This document shows, piece by piece, positions 37,352 through 45,806 of a stretch of 64,000 bases of DNA. This DNA comes from Bacteroidota bacterium. GTDB taxonomy: Bacteria; Bacteroidota; Bacteroidia; JABDFU01. The stretch lies in NCBI GenBank assembly GCA_013286655.1, contig JABDFG010000004.1:7008-71007 (forward strand), given 5' to 3'. The position numbers and the translations under genes were made by a program. Positions within the stretch are counted from its first letter, which is position 1. The number at the start of each line of letters is the position of its first letter. The notes beneath the pieces were generated by a model. The model was not told the DNA's origin, ran no database searches, and saw only the letters and a list, made by a program, of their open reading frames with translations.

Positions 37352-38032
37352 ATGACCAGACAAACTAAAAAAACACAAAAGATTACAGAAACCAAAAAGA
37401 TAAATGTCCTGATCGTGGATGACCATCAGATGGTGGTGGATGGCTTACGTACGATGCTGGAGTCGCAAGCAGATAAGTACCCGTTCAGAATTTCCGAAGC
37501 TTCCAATGGGGAAGATGCAATAGCTAAAGTGAGAAAGCATGAGTTTGACATTGTTTTAATGGACTATCAGCTTCCCGGTATGACCGGAGCCCAGGCGGTA
37601 TATGAGATACTGATCTATAAGCCAGGAACCAAAATCCTCGCCCTTTCCAACTATGATGAATATAAGTATGTAACGCATATCATGGAAGCCGGCGCCAAAG
37701 GGTATGTACTTAAAAACATAGGTCCATCTGAACTTATTCTCGCAATTGAAAAAATCATCAGTGGTAAAGCTCATTTTTCAGATGATATTCATCGGTTATT
37801 GTTAAATAAAAAAGGAAATGAAAATCCTGCTTTAGGAAACAAACAAATGACCAAAAGGGAAACGGAAGTGCTCCCGCTTATTGCAGACGGGATGAGCAAC
37901 AAGGAAATAGCCCAAAAATTACATATTGAAAAAAGAACGGTAGATGCCCATCGCCAGAATTTGCTTAAGAAATTGAATGTTAAGAATACCGCAGGTCTTG
38001 TGCGCAAAGCCATTGAATATAAATTGATCTGA
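37352..38032 (+). CDS. NarL/LuxR-family response regulator
   Basis: 226 aa. Receiver domain (VLIVDDH, LMDYQLPGMTG, LSNYDE) plus a LuxR HTH (TKRETEVLPLIADGMSNKEIAQKLHIEKRTVDAHRQNL). Confidence 0.92.
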   Translation: MTRQTKKTQKITETKKINVLIVDDHQMVVDGLRTMLESQADKYPFRISEASNGEDAIAKVRKHEFDIVLMDYQLPGMTGAQAVYEILIYKPGTKILALSNYDEYKYVTHIMEAGAKGYVLKNIGPSELILAIEKIISGKAHFSDDIHRLLLNKKGNENPALGNKQMTKRETEVLPLIADGMSNKEIAQKLHIEKRTVDAHRQNLLKKLNVKNTAGLVRKAIEYKLI

Positions 38033-38038
38033 TTTTAC

Positions 38039-38046
38039 TACCTTTG
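38039..38046 (+). promoter_or_regulatory. -7 box TACCTTTG upstream of the Mrp/ApbC gene
   Basis: Exact match, with 18 nt between the box and the ATG at 38065. Confidence 0.45.
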
Positions 38047-38064
38047 GCATATCAAAGATAAAGG

Positions 38065-39147
38065 ATGAAAATTACGAAGGAGCAGGTATTAGAAGCCCTG
38101 AAAAATGTCGACGATCCGGACCTGAAAAAGGACATTGTCACACTGGGCATGGTGAGGGATTTGATTGTAGAGGGGCAAAATGTGCGCTTTACGGTGATGC
38201 TGACAACACCTGCCTGTCCTATGAAGGATATGATACACAAGGCCTCGGTAAATGCTGTTTTGCACTATGTGGACAAGGAGGCAAAGGTCGAGGTGAAAAT
38301 GGATGCGGATGTAACTTCCCGTAAAAAGGATAAAGCTTCCTTACCAGACGTAAAAAATATCATTGCGGTAGCCTCGGGCAAAGGCGGTGTCGGCAAATCA
38401 ACTGTTGCTGCCAATCTTGCCGTAGCGCTTGCCAGACAGGGAGCGAAAGTGGGCCTGTTGGATGCTGATATTTATGGTCCATCCATACCAACTATGTTTG
38501 ATGTGGTTCATGAACATCCTCCGGTTAAAAACATAGATGGCGTAAGTAAAATGATCCCCATTGAAAGCTATGGAGTTAAACTTAACTCCATTGGATTTAT
38601 GGCCGCACCCGATCAGGCAGTTCCCTGGAGAGGACCAATGGCAACGAAAGCACTGAATGAACTCATTAATAAAACGGAATGGGGAGAACTGGATTATTTA
38701 ATTATTGATTTACCCCCCGGAACAGGAGACATTCACCTTTCCGTTGTTACCAATGTTTCCATAACAGGTGCTATTATTGTCAGCACGCCCCAGCAAGTCG
38801 CATTATCGGATGTACAGCGGGGAGTAAGTATGTTCCGTTTGCCGGCTGTGAATGTCCCCATACTTGGAATTGTGGAAAATATGGCATGGTTTACGCCTGC
38901 CGAATTGCCCGGAAATAAGTATTTCATTTTTGGAAAGGATGGGGTTCAAAACCTGGCCGCCAAAGCAGGTATGCCGGTTCTGGGACAAATACCCTTAGTG
39001 CAAAGCATTCGCGAGGCCGGAGATGCCGGCCGGCCCGTCGTTTTACAGGAAGACACACCACAGGCACTGGCATTTATGGATTTGGCGAAAGCGGTAGCCC
39101 AGCAAATCGCAATTAAAAACAACGCGGTGATTGCAGAAACAGTTTAA
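38065..39147 (+). CDS. apbC: Mrp/NBP35-family iron-sulfur cluster carrier ATPase
   Basis: 360 aa. N-terminal DUF59-like segment, deviant Walker A SGKGGVGKST, and a C-terminal Fe-S binding region. Confidence 0.9.
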   Translation: MKITKEQVLEALKNVDDPDLKKDIVTLGMVRDLIVEGQNVRFTVMLTTPACPMKDMIHKASVNAVLHYVDKEAKVEVKMDADVTSRKKDKASLPDVKNIIAVASGKGGVGKSTVAANLAVALARQGAKVGLLDADIYGPSIPTMFDVVHEHPPVKNIDGVSKMIPIESYGVKLNSIGFMAAPDQAVPWRGPMATKALNELINKTEWGELDYLIIDLPPGTGDIHLSVVTNVSITGAIIVSTPQQVALSDVQRGVSMFRLPAVNVPILGIVENMAWFTPAELPGNKYFIFGKDGVQNLAAKAGMPVLGQIPLVQSIREAGDAGRPVVLQEDTPQALAFMDLAKAVAQQIAIKNNAVIAETV

Positions 39148-39150
39148 TAA

Positions 39151-39393
39151 ATGGAGAATAAAGAATTATATAACCGCATTGAAGAGGCCCTTAACCAGAT
39201 CAGACCTTATCTGGAAGCCGACGGAGGGAATGTTTCCCTTGTTGAAGTTACCAGCGATTCGGTGGTCCGTTTAAAATTACTGGGTGCATGCAAAACTTGT
39301 TCTATGAGTATGATGACTCTGAAAGCGGGTATTGAAGAAAGTATTAAGCGTGCTGTTCCTGAAATAAAAGGCGTAGAGTCCGTAAATAATTAG
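39151..39393 (+). CDS. NifU-like (C-terminal domain) Fe-S cluster protein
   Basis: 80 aa. IRPYLEADGGNVSLVEV...LLGACKTCSMS contains the CxxC motif. Confidence 0.85.
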   Translation: MENKELYNRIEEALNQIRPYLEADGGNVSLVEVTSDSVVRLKLLGACKTCSMSMMTLKAGIEESIKRAVPEIKGVESVNN

Positions 39394-39413
39394 CAATAGT
39401 GATCAGCCAACAC

Positions 39414-39565
39414 ATTCGCTATTACTCACTCGTTTTATTTTTATTTCAACGGTGTTCATGAATCCGCCATCGTCGGATTTCGCTATTATTCGCATCCTTT
39501 GTTCTTATTTAAAAGGTGCTCATGAATCCTCCTCTCGTCGGATTTCGCTATTCGCTGATCGCTAA
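39414..39565. repeat. two tandem ~65-nt REP-like units, each with a tgaatcc-N7-10-ggattt stem-loop, ending in ttcgctatt words
   Basis: Unit 1 is about 39421-39488 and unit 2 about 39489-39556. The 31-mer ggtgctcatgaatcctcctctcgtcggattt (39515-39545) matches 55678-55708 at 30/31 positions. Confidence 0.85.
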
Positions 39566-39573
39566 CACACACG

Positions 39574-40137
39574 CTACACCGTCATGATCTCCTTCTCTTT
39601 CCCTTCCAGGTGCTTTTCAGCTTTGACCGCATAGCCGTCCGTCAATTGCTGAACCTTCGCCTCCGCTTCTTTGGCTTCGTCTTCGGGCAAACCATTTGCC
39701 TTTAATTTTTTGATCGCATCATTTGCATCTTTCCGGATGGTCCGGAGCGTGACTTTACAATCTTCGCCTACTGTTTTTGCTTTTTTCACCAGATCTCTTC
39801 TTCTTTCTTCTGTCAAAGAGGGAACGTTGATACGAAGAACCGTTCCATCACTTTGGGGATTGAGGTTCAGATTTGCATCGATAATAGCTTTGGACAAAGG
39901 TTCCAGCATTGCTTTTTCCCAGGGCTGTACGACTATTGTACGTGCGTCCAGGGTATTGACATTGGCTGTCTGATTTAAAGGCATTTTTGACCCATAATAG
40001 TCAACCATAACACTGTCAAGCATGGAAGGATTCGCTTTTCCCGCCCTCACTTTTAAAAGTTCGTCTTCTAAGTGCGAAATCGCTTTTTCCATAAGCTGTT
40101 TGGCGGCATCTAAACAAGTTTGAACTTTGGGATCCAT
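39574..40137 (-). CDS. frr: ribosome recycling factor
   Basis: 187 aa. Full-length RRF similarity (LKVRAGKANPSMLD, PSLTEERRRDLVK). Confidence 0.95.
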   Translation of the reverse strand: MDPKVQTCLDAAKQLMEKAISHLEDELLKVRAGKANPSMLDSVMVDYYGSKMPLNQTANVNTLDARTIVVQPWEKAMLEPLSKAIIDANLNLNPQSDGTVLRINVPSLTEERRRDLVKKAKTVGEDCKVTLRTIRKDANDAIKKLKANGLPEDEAKEAEAKVQQLTDGYAVKAEKHLEGKEKEIMTV

Positions 40138-40138
40138 A

Positions 40139-40180
40139 GGAAGGATTTAGGATTATTGAATTTAGGAATTAGGATTTAAC
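40139..40180. repeat. degenerate heptamer tract (GGATTTA/GGAATTA), opposite orientation
   Basis: The sequence aaggatttaggattattgaatttaggaattaggattt lies immediately upstream of the frr start codon. Confidence 0.7.
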
Positions 40181-40286
40181 GTTTTAGATATCGGGCTAAT
40201 TCCAAACTTTAGCTAAGTTATAGTTTAATCAATAATTCTACAAATCAAATATTCCCATAAATTTTCCATTCCCTTATTTTGACAAT

Positions 40287-41993
40287 CTATTTCTTTGCTT
40301 CTTCGGTTAATAATTCCTCCAGTTTTTTTAACCGATCTTCGTATTGAGAAAATTTTCGCGTGTTTTCCAATTTTATTTTCTCTATTTCCGACTGTTGATT
40401 GTTATTGTTCGCTTCTAATTTAATGATTGCAGATCGCTGATCTTCAATCATTTTTTGTTGTTCTTTAATCGCCTCTACCAGAACCGGTGTAAGTTTTGCG
40501 TAGTCAATACTTTTGTATCCGTCTTTATTTGTGGTTACTATTTCAGGGAATGTTTTTTCCATTTCCTGGGCAATGAATCCAATATCTCTTTTGTCATTAA
40601 AATGCATGTTGGGAAACTCGCCTACACGCCAATTGTATTTAATACCCTGCAATTTTAACAAATCAGGTAAAACATTTTTCAAAGAAGTGATGTCTTTTTT
40701 ATATCTAATGTCTGAACAAGTCATAGAGCTAAGCCATTTATTGCAATTATTGACAAATACATCATCAACGTATAAATCTTTCCAAAAGTTGTTTGGAGTT
40801 GAACCAAGATTTCTGGAATGATTTGAATCTGGCACTACATCTCCCCCAAACACATAGGTTTCATTACCAGTAACGTCAAAATATACCACTCCTTGCGCAT
40901 TATTAACTCCCACTAAATTGTTTCCATAAGAAATCGAAAACGGAGAGGGCGATCCTCCCGGAACCGAAATCCGGACTATTTCCGAATTAAGAGCCCCTGA
41001 AACTTCTAATTTTGCACCTGGGGCGATTGTGCCAATGCCGACATTACCATTATTTTCAATTCGCATAGCTTCAGAAGGAACGCTGGCAGCGTTTTTGGTC
41101 ACCGAAAAAGTGAGATTCGTGCCACGGGCCAAATCAGTCCAGGCCGGATCTGTAACATTGGCGGATATGTTGGCAGTTTGCAAATAAGGTGTAGGCGAGA
41201 ATACATAGCCCATAAATGATAACTGACCAATCACGTCGTTTTGTAGCAAAGTGGATGGAGCGCCAGGCGTACCACGCGCTTTTTTAAATGCAATTTGAGC
41301 CCCGCTGACATCCGCACTGTATCTATTTGCCGCAATACCGGTAATGCCCAAAACCTCCAGATTGCTCAAAGGCGCTGTCGTACCAATCCCCACATTACCG
41401 CCGGCGAGAACCCTTAAACGTTCGGTATTAGCCGTACCAAAAACCAAATCCTTGTTGTCCCTGGTTCCTAAAAAATTAACCGGAGGATTCGTCCCGTTAT
41501 TGCCATGCAATAACCACGCAGTTGAAATAATAGAATCCTGAATAAGCGTTTGTATCGGAGTTCCGTTGATATACAAAGAATCTGTTTTTGTTGTTTTACT
41601 TGATATGTAGGTATTTATAACTGTATCGAACTTAGCATAATTGACTTTCAGGTAATTTATAATTGCGGTATCAGCCGTTATATTAGTCGAGTTAAAATAT
41701 TTATTGGAAAGTGAATCGGTCGTGCATATTCTTTCCCAATTTGTTTTCATTCTATACCAAAAGCATTGATCCTGCTTATTAAATACAATAAGGCCATTCG
41801 CCGGGTTTACGATTGCCTTTATCTGCGAAGAATCGAGCCTTGTCATTAAAAAACCCTGGGTAATACCTTCCAGGTCAAGTATAGCGGAATTATCCGGCGT
41901 TAAAGACCCGATTGAAACACTTTTATTCTGCGCAAAAATGCCGCTCAGAGAAAATGACATTACTGCAACGCAAAAAACGATTTTCTTATTCAT
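40287..41993 (-). CDS. secreted tail-fibre-like protein with a C-terminal S74 intramolecular-chaperone (endosialidase chaperone) domain
   Basis: 568 aa with a signal peptide. GNVGIGT(T/I)AP..(N/K)LEV motifs occur twice. The C-terminus reads CSDIRYKKDITSL..LQGIKYNW...GFIAQEMEKTFPEIV...SIDYAKLTPVLVEAIKEQQ and is followed by a coiled coil. Confidence 0.75.
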   Translation of the reverse strand: MNKKIVFCVAVMSFSLSGIFAQNKSVSIGSLTPDNSAILDLEGITQGFLMTRLDSSQIKAIVNPANGLIVFNKQDQCFWYRMKTNWERICTTDSLSNKYFNSTNITADTAIINYLKVNYAKFDTVINTYISSKTTKTDSLYINGTPIQTLIQDSIISTAWLLHGNNGTNPPVNFLGTRDNKDLVFGTANTERLRVLAGGNVGIGTTAPLSNLEVLGITGIAANRYSADVSGAQIAFKKARGTPGAPSTLLQNDVIGQLSFMGYVFSPTPYLQTANISANVTDPAWTDLARGTNLTFSVTKNAASVPSEAMRIENNGNVGIGTIAPGAKLEVSGALNSEIVRISVPGGSPSPFSISYGNNLVGVNNAQGVVYFDVTGNETYVFGGDVVPDSNHSRNLGSTPNNFWKDLYVDDVFVNNCNKWLSSMTCSDIRYKKDITSLKNVLPDLLKLQGIKYNWRVGEFPNMHFNDKRDIGFIAQEMEKTFPEIVTTNKDGYKSIDYAKLTPVLVEAIKEQQKMIEDQRSAIIKLEANNNNQQSEIEKIKLENTRKFSQYEDRLKKLEELLTEEAKK

Positions 41994-43014
41994 CTTTTTT
42001 ATCCTTATTTATATCTGTTTCCGGCTTTTCCGGTTCAATCACTGCTTTATTTTCCTTTGATGGCTCATGACCAATCCCTTCTTTGTCAATTAATAAACCT
42101 TTTTTAGTCATGGGTTCTTTATCATAAATATCCGGTATCCCGTCATTATCCGTATCTATTAAACAGCCATGTCTGTCAACCTTTTGACCTCTCGGCGTAT
42201 CAGGGCATTGATCATCAAAATCCCTTATCCCATCACCGTCTGAGTCTGCCTTTTCCATAACCCCGAAATTAGAATCCGTAAGTTTGGCCTTTGTTGCGTT
42301 GAAATGAAAACACAGACCAACCTTATTATAAAACAAAAAAGTTGATTTTAACTCGGGTGTATTAGCTACCTTCTGTACCAGGGGAACATACAATGCGGAT
42401 CCGAAATTTGCAGAGATTCTGTCACTCAAATGTAAATTCAGCCCGACAGAAATATTGCCAAGCAGCATGCCAAAATTTCCAATGTTTGTTGCGTATTTGA
42501 AATCCCTTTCTACCTTGGTTGAGGTGAAAATGGCAGCATACGATTGCGGCTGATTCCGGATAGAGCCATCAGACCAATAATAATAAGGATTGCCGCTTGC
42601 ATCTGACAGATCCTGGGATAAATTATAATACATCCAATCCAATCCGAAACCTGATTCTACACTTACCATTTTTAGATTAACCGGACTGTACGACAAACCG
42701 AGACCTACAGAATTGCCATGAGCCTTGAAGTTATTTGCCTGCAAATAATAATTGCTGTTCTGACCATAATTCATCGAAACATAATGTGAGTTAATGCTCA
42801 CTGCTTTAAATTTTCTGATCATTGAAACCTGGTAGGAGGGAGAGTTATCAGTGCTAAATGGCACCGAGCGGTTATTTACAGAACCATAATAAGTAAGCAT
42901 ACCACATTCTCCTTTTAGAGCCCAGGCATATTGTTCATCGTATCCAATATCCTTATTCTGAGTAAAAGCTTCAACACTTGTAATTACTAAAAATAAAAAC
43001 GCGTATAGTTTCAT
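41986..43014 (-). CDS. outer-membrane beta-barrel-like protein with thrombospondin type-3 (Ca-binding) repeats and no OmpA domain
   Basis: 342 aa. Signal peptide, about 240 aa of alternating beta-strand pattern, then DSDGDGIRDFDDQCPDTP and DTDNDGIPDIYDKEP repeats and an acidic/lysine tail. Confidence 0.6.
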   Translation of the reverse strand: MKLYAFLFLVITSVEAFTQNKDIGYDEQYAWALKGECGMLTYYGSVNNRSVPFSTDNSPSYQVSMIRKFKAVSINSHYVSMNYGQNSNYYLQANNFKAHGNSVGLGLSYSPVNLKMVSVESGFGLDWMYYNLSQDLSDASGNPYYYWSDGSIRNQPQSYAAIFTSTKVERDFKYATNIGNFGMLLGNISVGLNLHLSDRISANFGSALYVPLVQKVANTPELKSTFLFYNKVGLCFHFNATKAKLTDSNFGVMEKADSDGDGIRDFDDQCPDTPRGQKVDRHGCLIDTDNDGIPDIYDKEPMTKKGLLIDKEGIGHEPSKENKAVIEPEKPETDINKDKKDE

Positions 43015-44786
43015 TTTAATAACGTAATAAATCCATTCATTTTTTGATCTTCGTTTCCATTATTTGTTTGTAGTGTAAAATAATAGGTTCCTTCAGGACA
43101 CAGCTGACCTGAAGAGGTTCTGCCATCCCAGGATAAATTTTCCTGTGTGCCTTTGTATACAAGCAAACCCCAACGATCCAAAATCTGAATGGTATAATTT
43201 TGAATGCAAGTACTTTCAATAGAAAATACATCATTAATACCATCCCCATTCGGAGTAAATACATTTGGAATTTTCAGGTAACAATCAATAAGCAACTTTC
43301 TTTCAGTTGAATCTTTGCAACCAAGTGTATCCGTTACGACCTGTTTTATTAAATAGTTACCGCCGTTGGAATAAGAGGTTTGAGGATTCGGATTTTTTGA
43401 GGTATAGCCATTGCCAAAGTCCCATAACCAGGAATTGGCTCTTTGACTACTATCCGTGAAAGTAATGGGTGTATTTAGGAATAAGTTAACATAGCTAACT
43501 GAAAATCCGGCTTTCGGACCTTGCGAAACAGTAATTGATTTTGAAACAGTCGTTGAGGAACACCCTGATGTAGGATCCGACACTTTTAAAAACAATTGCT
43601 TCTTACCCTCAGATGTAAATTTTACAGTAACACCCTCAGCTGTTGTATCACCAAGAAAGGTGGCATCCGCAGATGTCCAGGAATAAACATAACTACCCGC
43701 ATTATTCATATACGCTTTGTAATTTGAAGCAGACAATCCGCAAAGCAAATTTTCCCCAGCCAACGAATCAATAATGGGATTGTTTTTTTCTAAAGAATAG
43801 GGATTATCTGTAAAGTTATTCCACCCTGAGCGCTTTACAGCACTATAGGAATTAATGTTCGAGGTTACACCATTATTAGTATTTATCCATTTTAATCCCG
43901 TTTTTTCCCAATTCCCAATTTCATTCCAAAAACCATCTGTTGAATTTAAGTAAGCTATATACAAATCAACAGGAGAAGTACCGTTCAGACGATTAATCGT
44001 ATGGTAAAAAAAAGGATTTACTGCACACACAGTTGTATCCTTATTGGATACGTAATAACCATTTACATCCGGTTTTTTATTTTGAAAGGATAAAGCAAAT
44101 TCATTATCTGAAATATCATTAGGAGTAAGGGCTATGGGCCTAAAACGTCGGGGGCCAATTATTGAACCGAATGGCAGGTAGTACGTTTCAACACTATTTG
44201 TTTTGCGGACAAGTCTTCCGATATCCAGCGTTGAAATAAAGCCTTCACTACCTAAAACCGTACTTGCATCTATTGCCGAAGCCTTAGGGTTTTGAATAAA
44301 CAAAGTATCTTCATTTATTGCAAGCTCTGAAGAATTTAAGTGTAGGTTATTATAAACATTGGCATTAACCATTAGTATTTTTCGTCCTACCCCTTCAACA
44401 GACAGGTTATAAAAACTCGTTATACTATCCCCCTCAATATACTCAGTCAATCCTTTCAAATGTACAAAACTGGTATCCATAGCAAAATGTGCTGAATTCA
44501 CCCAATTGAGAGAAACATCATACTCTCCGTTTCCCTTTTGTTTACTATTGTGCAAATTATAAAAAGAGGAATCGATGACTAAAATCCCATTATTATCGCT
44601 AAACGCATTTGAGTCATTTTCAAACGAACCTTCAACTCTCAGTTGTAAACCAGGATCAGAATGAAATAGCTGACCTTTATTATATAAAAGTTGAGCCTTC
44701 GAATTAAAAGAAATTAATACAAGTAAGGTGAAATATCGTAAATAGTTACACGCTGCTGAGTGCTTTAATCCATAACAGGTAACCAT
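43011..44786 (-). CDS. PKD-domain surface protein with a T9SS type-B (gliding-motility-associated) C-terminal domain
   Basis: 591 aa. Signal-like N-terminus, PKD motif WLWDFGNGYTS..., and a C-terminus IPNVFTPNGDGINDVFSIE...YFTL...GFITLLK typical of type-B CTDs. Confidence 0.8.
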   Translation of the reverse strand: MVTCYGLKHSAACNYLRYFTLLVLISFNSKAQLLYNKGQLFHSDPGLQLRVEGSFENDSNAFSDNNGILVIDSSFYNLHNSKQKGNGEYDVSLNWVNSAHFAMDTSFVHLKGLTEYIEGDSITSFYNLSVEGVGRKILMVNANVYNNLHLNSSELAINEDTLFIQNPKASAIDASTVLGSEGFISTLDIGRLVRKTNSVETYYLPFGSIIGPRRFRPIALTPNDISDNEFALSFQNKKPDVNGYYVSNKDTTVCAVNPFFYHTINRLNGTSPVDLYIAYLNSTDGFWNEIGNWEKTGLKWINTNNGVTSNINSYSAVKRSGWNNFTDNPYSLEKNNPIIDSLAGENLLCGLSASNYKAYMNNAGSYVYSWTSADATFLGDTTAEGVTVKFTSEGKKQLFLKVSDPTSGCSSTTVSKSITVSQGPKAGFSVSYVNLFLNTPITFTDSSQRANSWLWDFGNGYTSKNPNPQTSYSNGGNYLIKQVVTDTLGCKDSTERKLLIDCYLKIPNVFTPNGDGINDVFSIESTCIQNYTIQILDRWGLLVYKGTQENLSWDGRTSSGQLCPEGTYYFTLQTNNGNEDQKMNGFITLLK

Positions 44787-44804
44787 AACTAATGACTAAG
44801 GCCT

Positions 44805-44812
44805 CAAATTTA
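44805..44812 (-). promoter_or_regulatory. -7 box TAAATTTG upstream of the three-gene surface cassette
   Basis: Exact match on the minus strand, with 18 nt between the box and the ATG at 44786. Confidence 0.45.
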
Positions 44813-45002
44813 CCAGTATTAAAACCCGATATAGGGGAATCTGAAATATTTAACATTATGTTATTATGATTAACAATTATTTAACCTGAAGAGTGGTAAA
44901 ACCCAATCAGAAATAAGGTCAAATTTTAAAAAAACGGAATTGATCTGAATCGAATGTTTTCAGATCGGCAACATTTAATGGAATTATCCAATTCCTTAAT
45001 CC

Positions 45003-45719
<717 letters not shown>

Positions 45720-45773
45720 CTAGTTAGTTGTACGAATTGAAATGAGCGATGAGCGTTTTAAAAAATAGCTATC

Positions 45774-45800
45774 AAAAAAAATCCCCCGATTTCGGAGGAT
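45774..45800 (-). terminator. rho-independent terminator downstream of tsf
   Basis: On the minus strand the sequence is atcctccg-aaat-cgggggat (8 bp including one G-U), followed by a run of 7 T. It starts 7 nt after the tsf stop. Confidence 0.7.
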
Positions 45801-45806
45801 TTCAAT

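Noticed and set aside
44929-44966. Possible terminator downstream of pyrH: an 8-bp stem gatctgaa/ttcagatc with a 9-nt loop.
   Set aside because: On the minus strand the T-run is separated from the stem by about 6 nt. A second palindrome (ggaattatccaattcc, 44981-44996) has no T-run at all. This is too weak to call.
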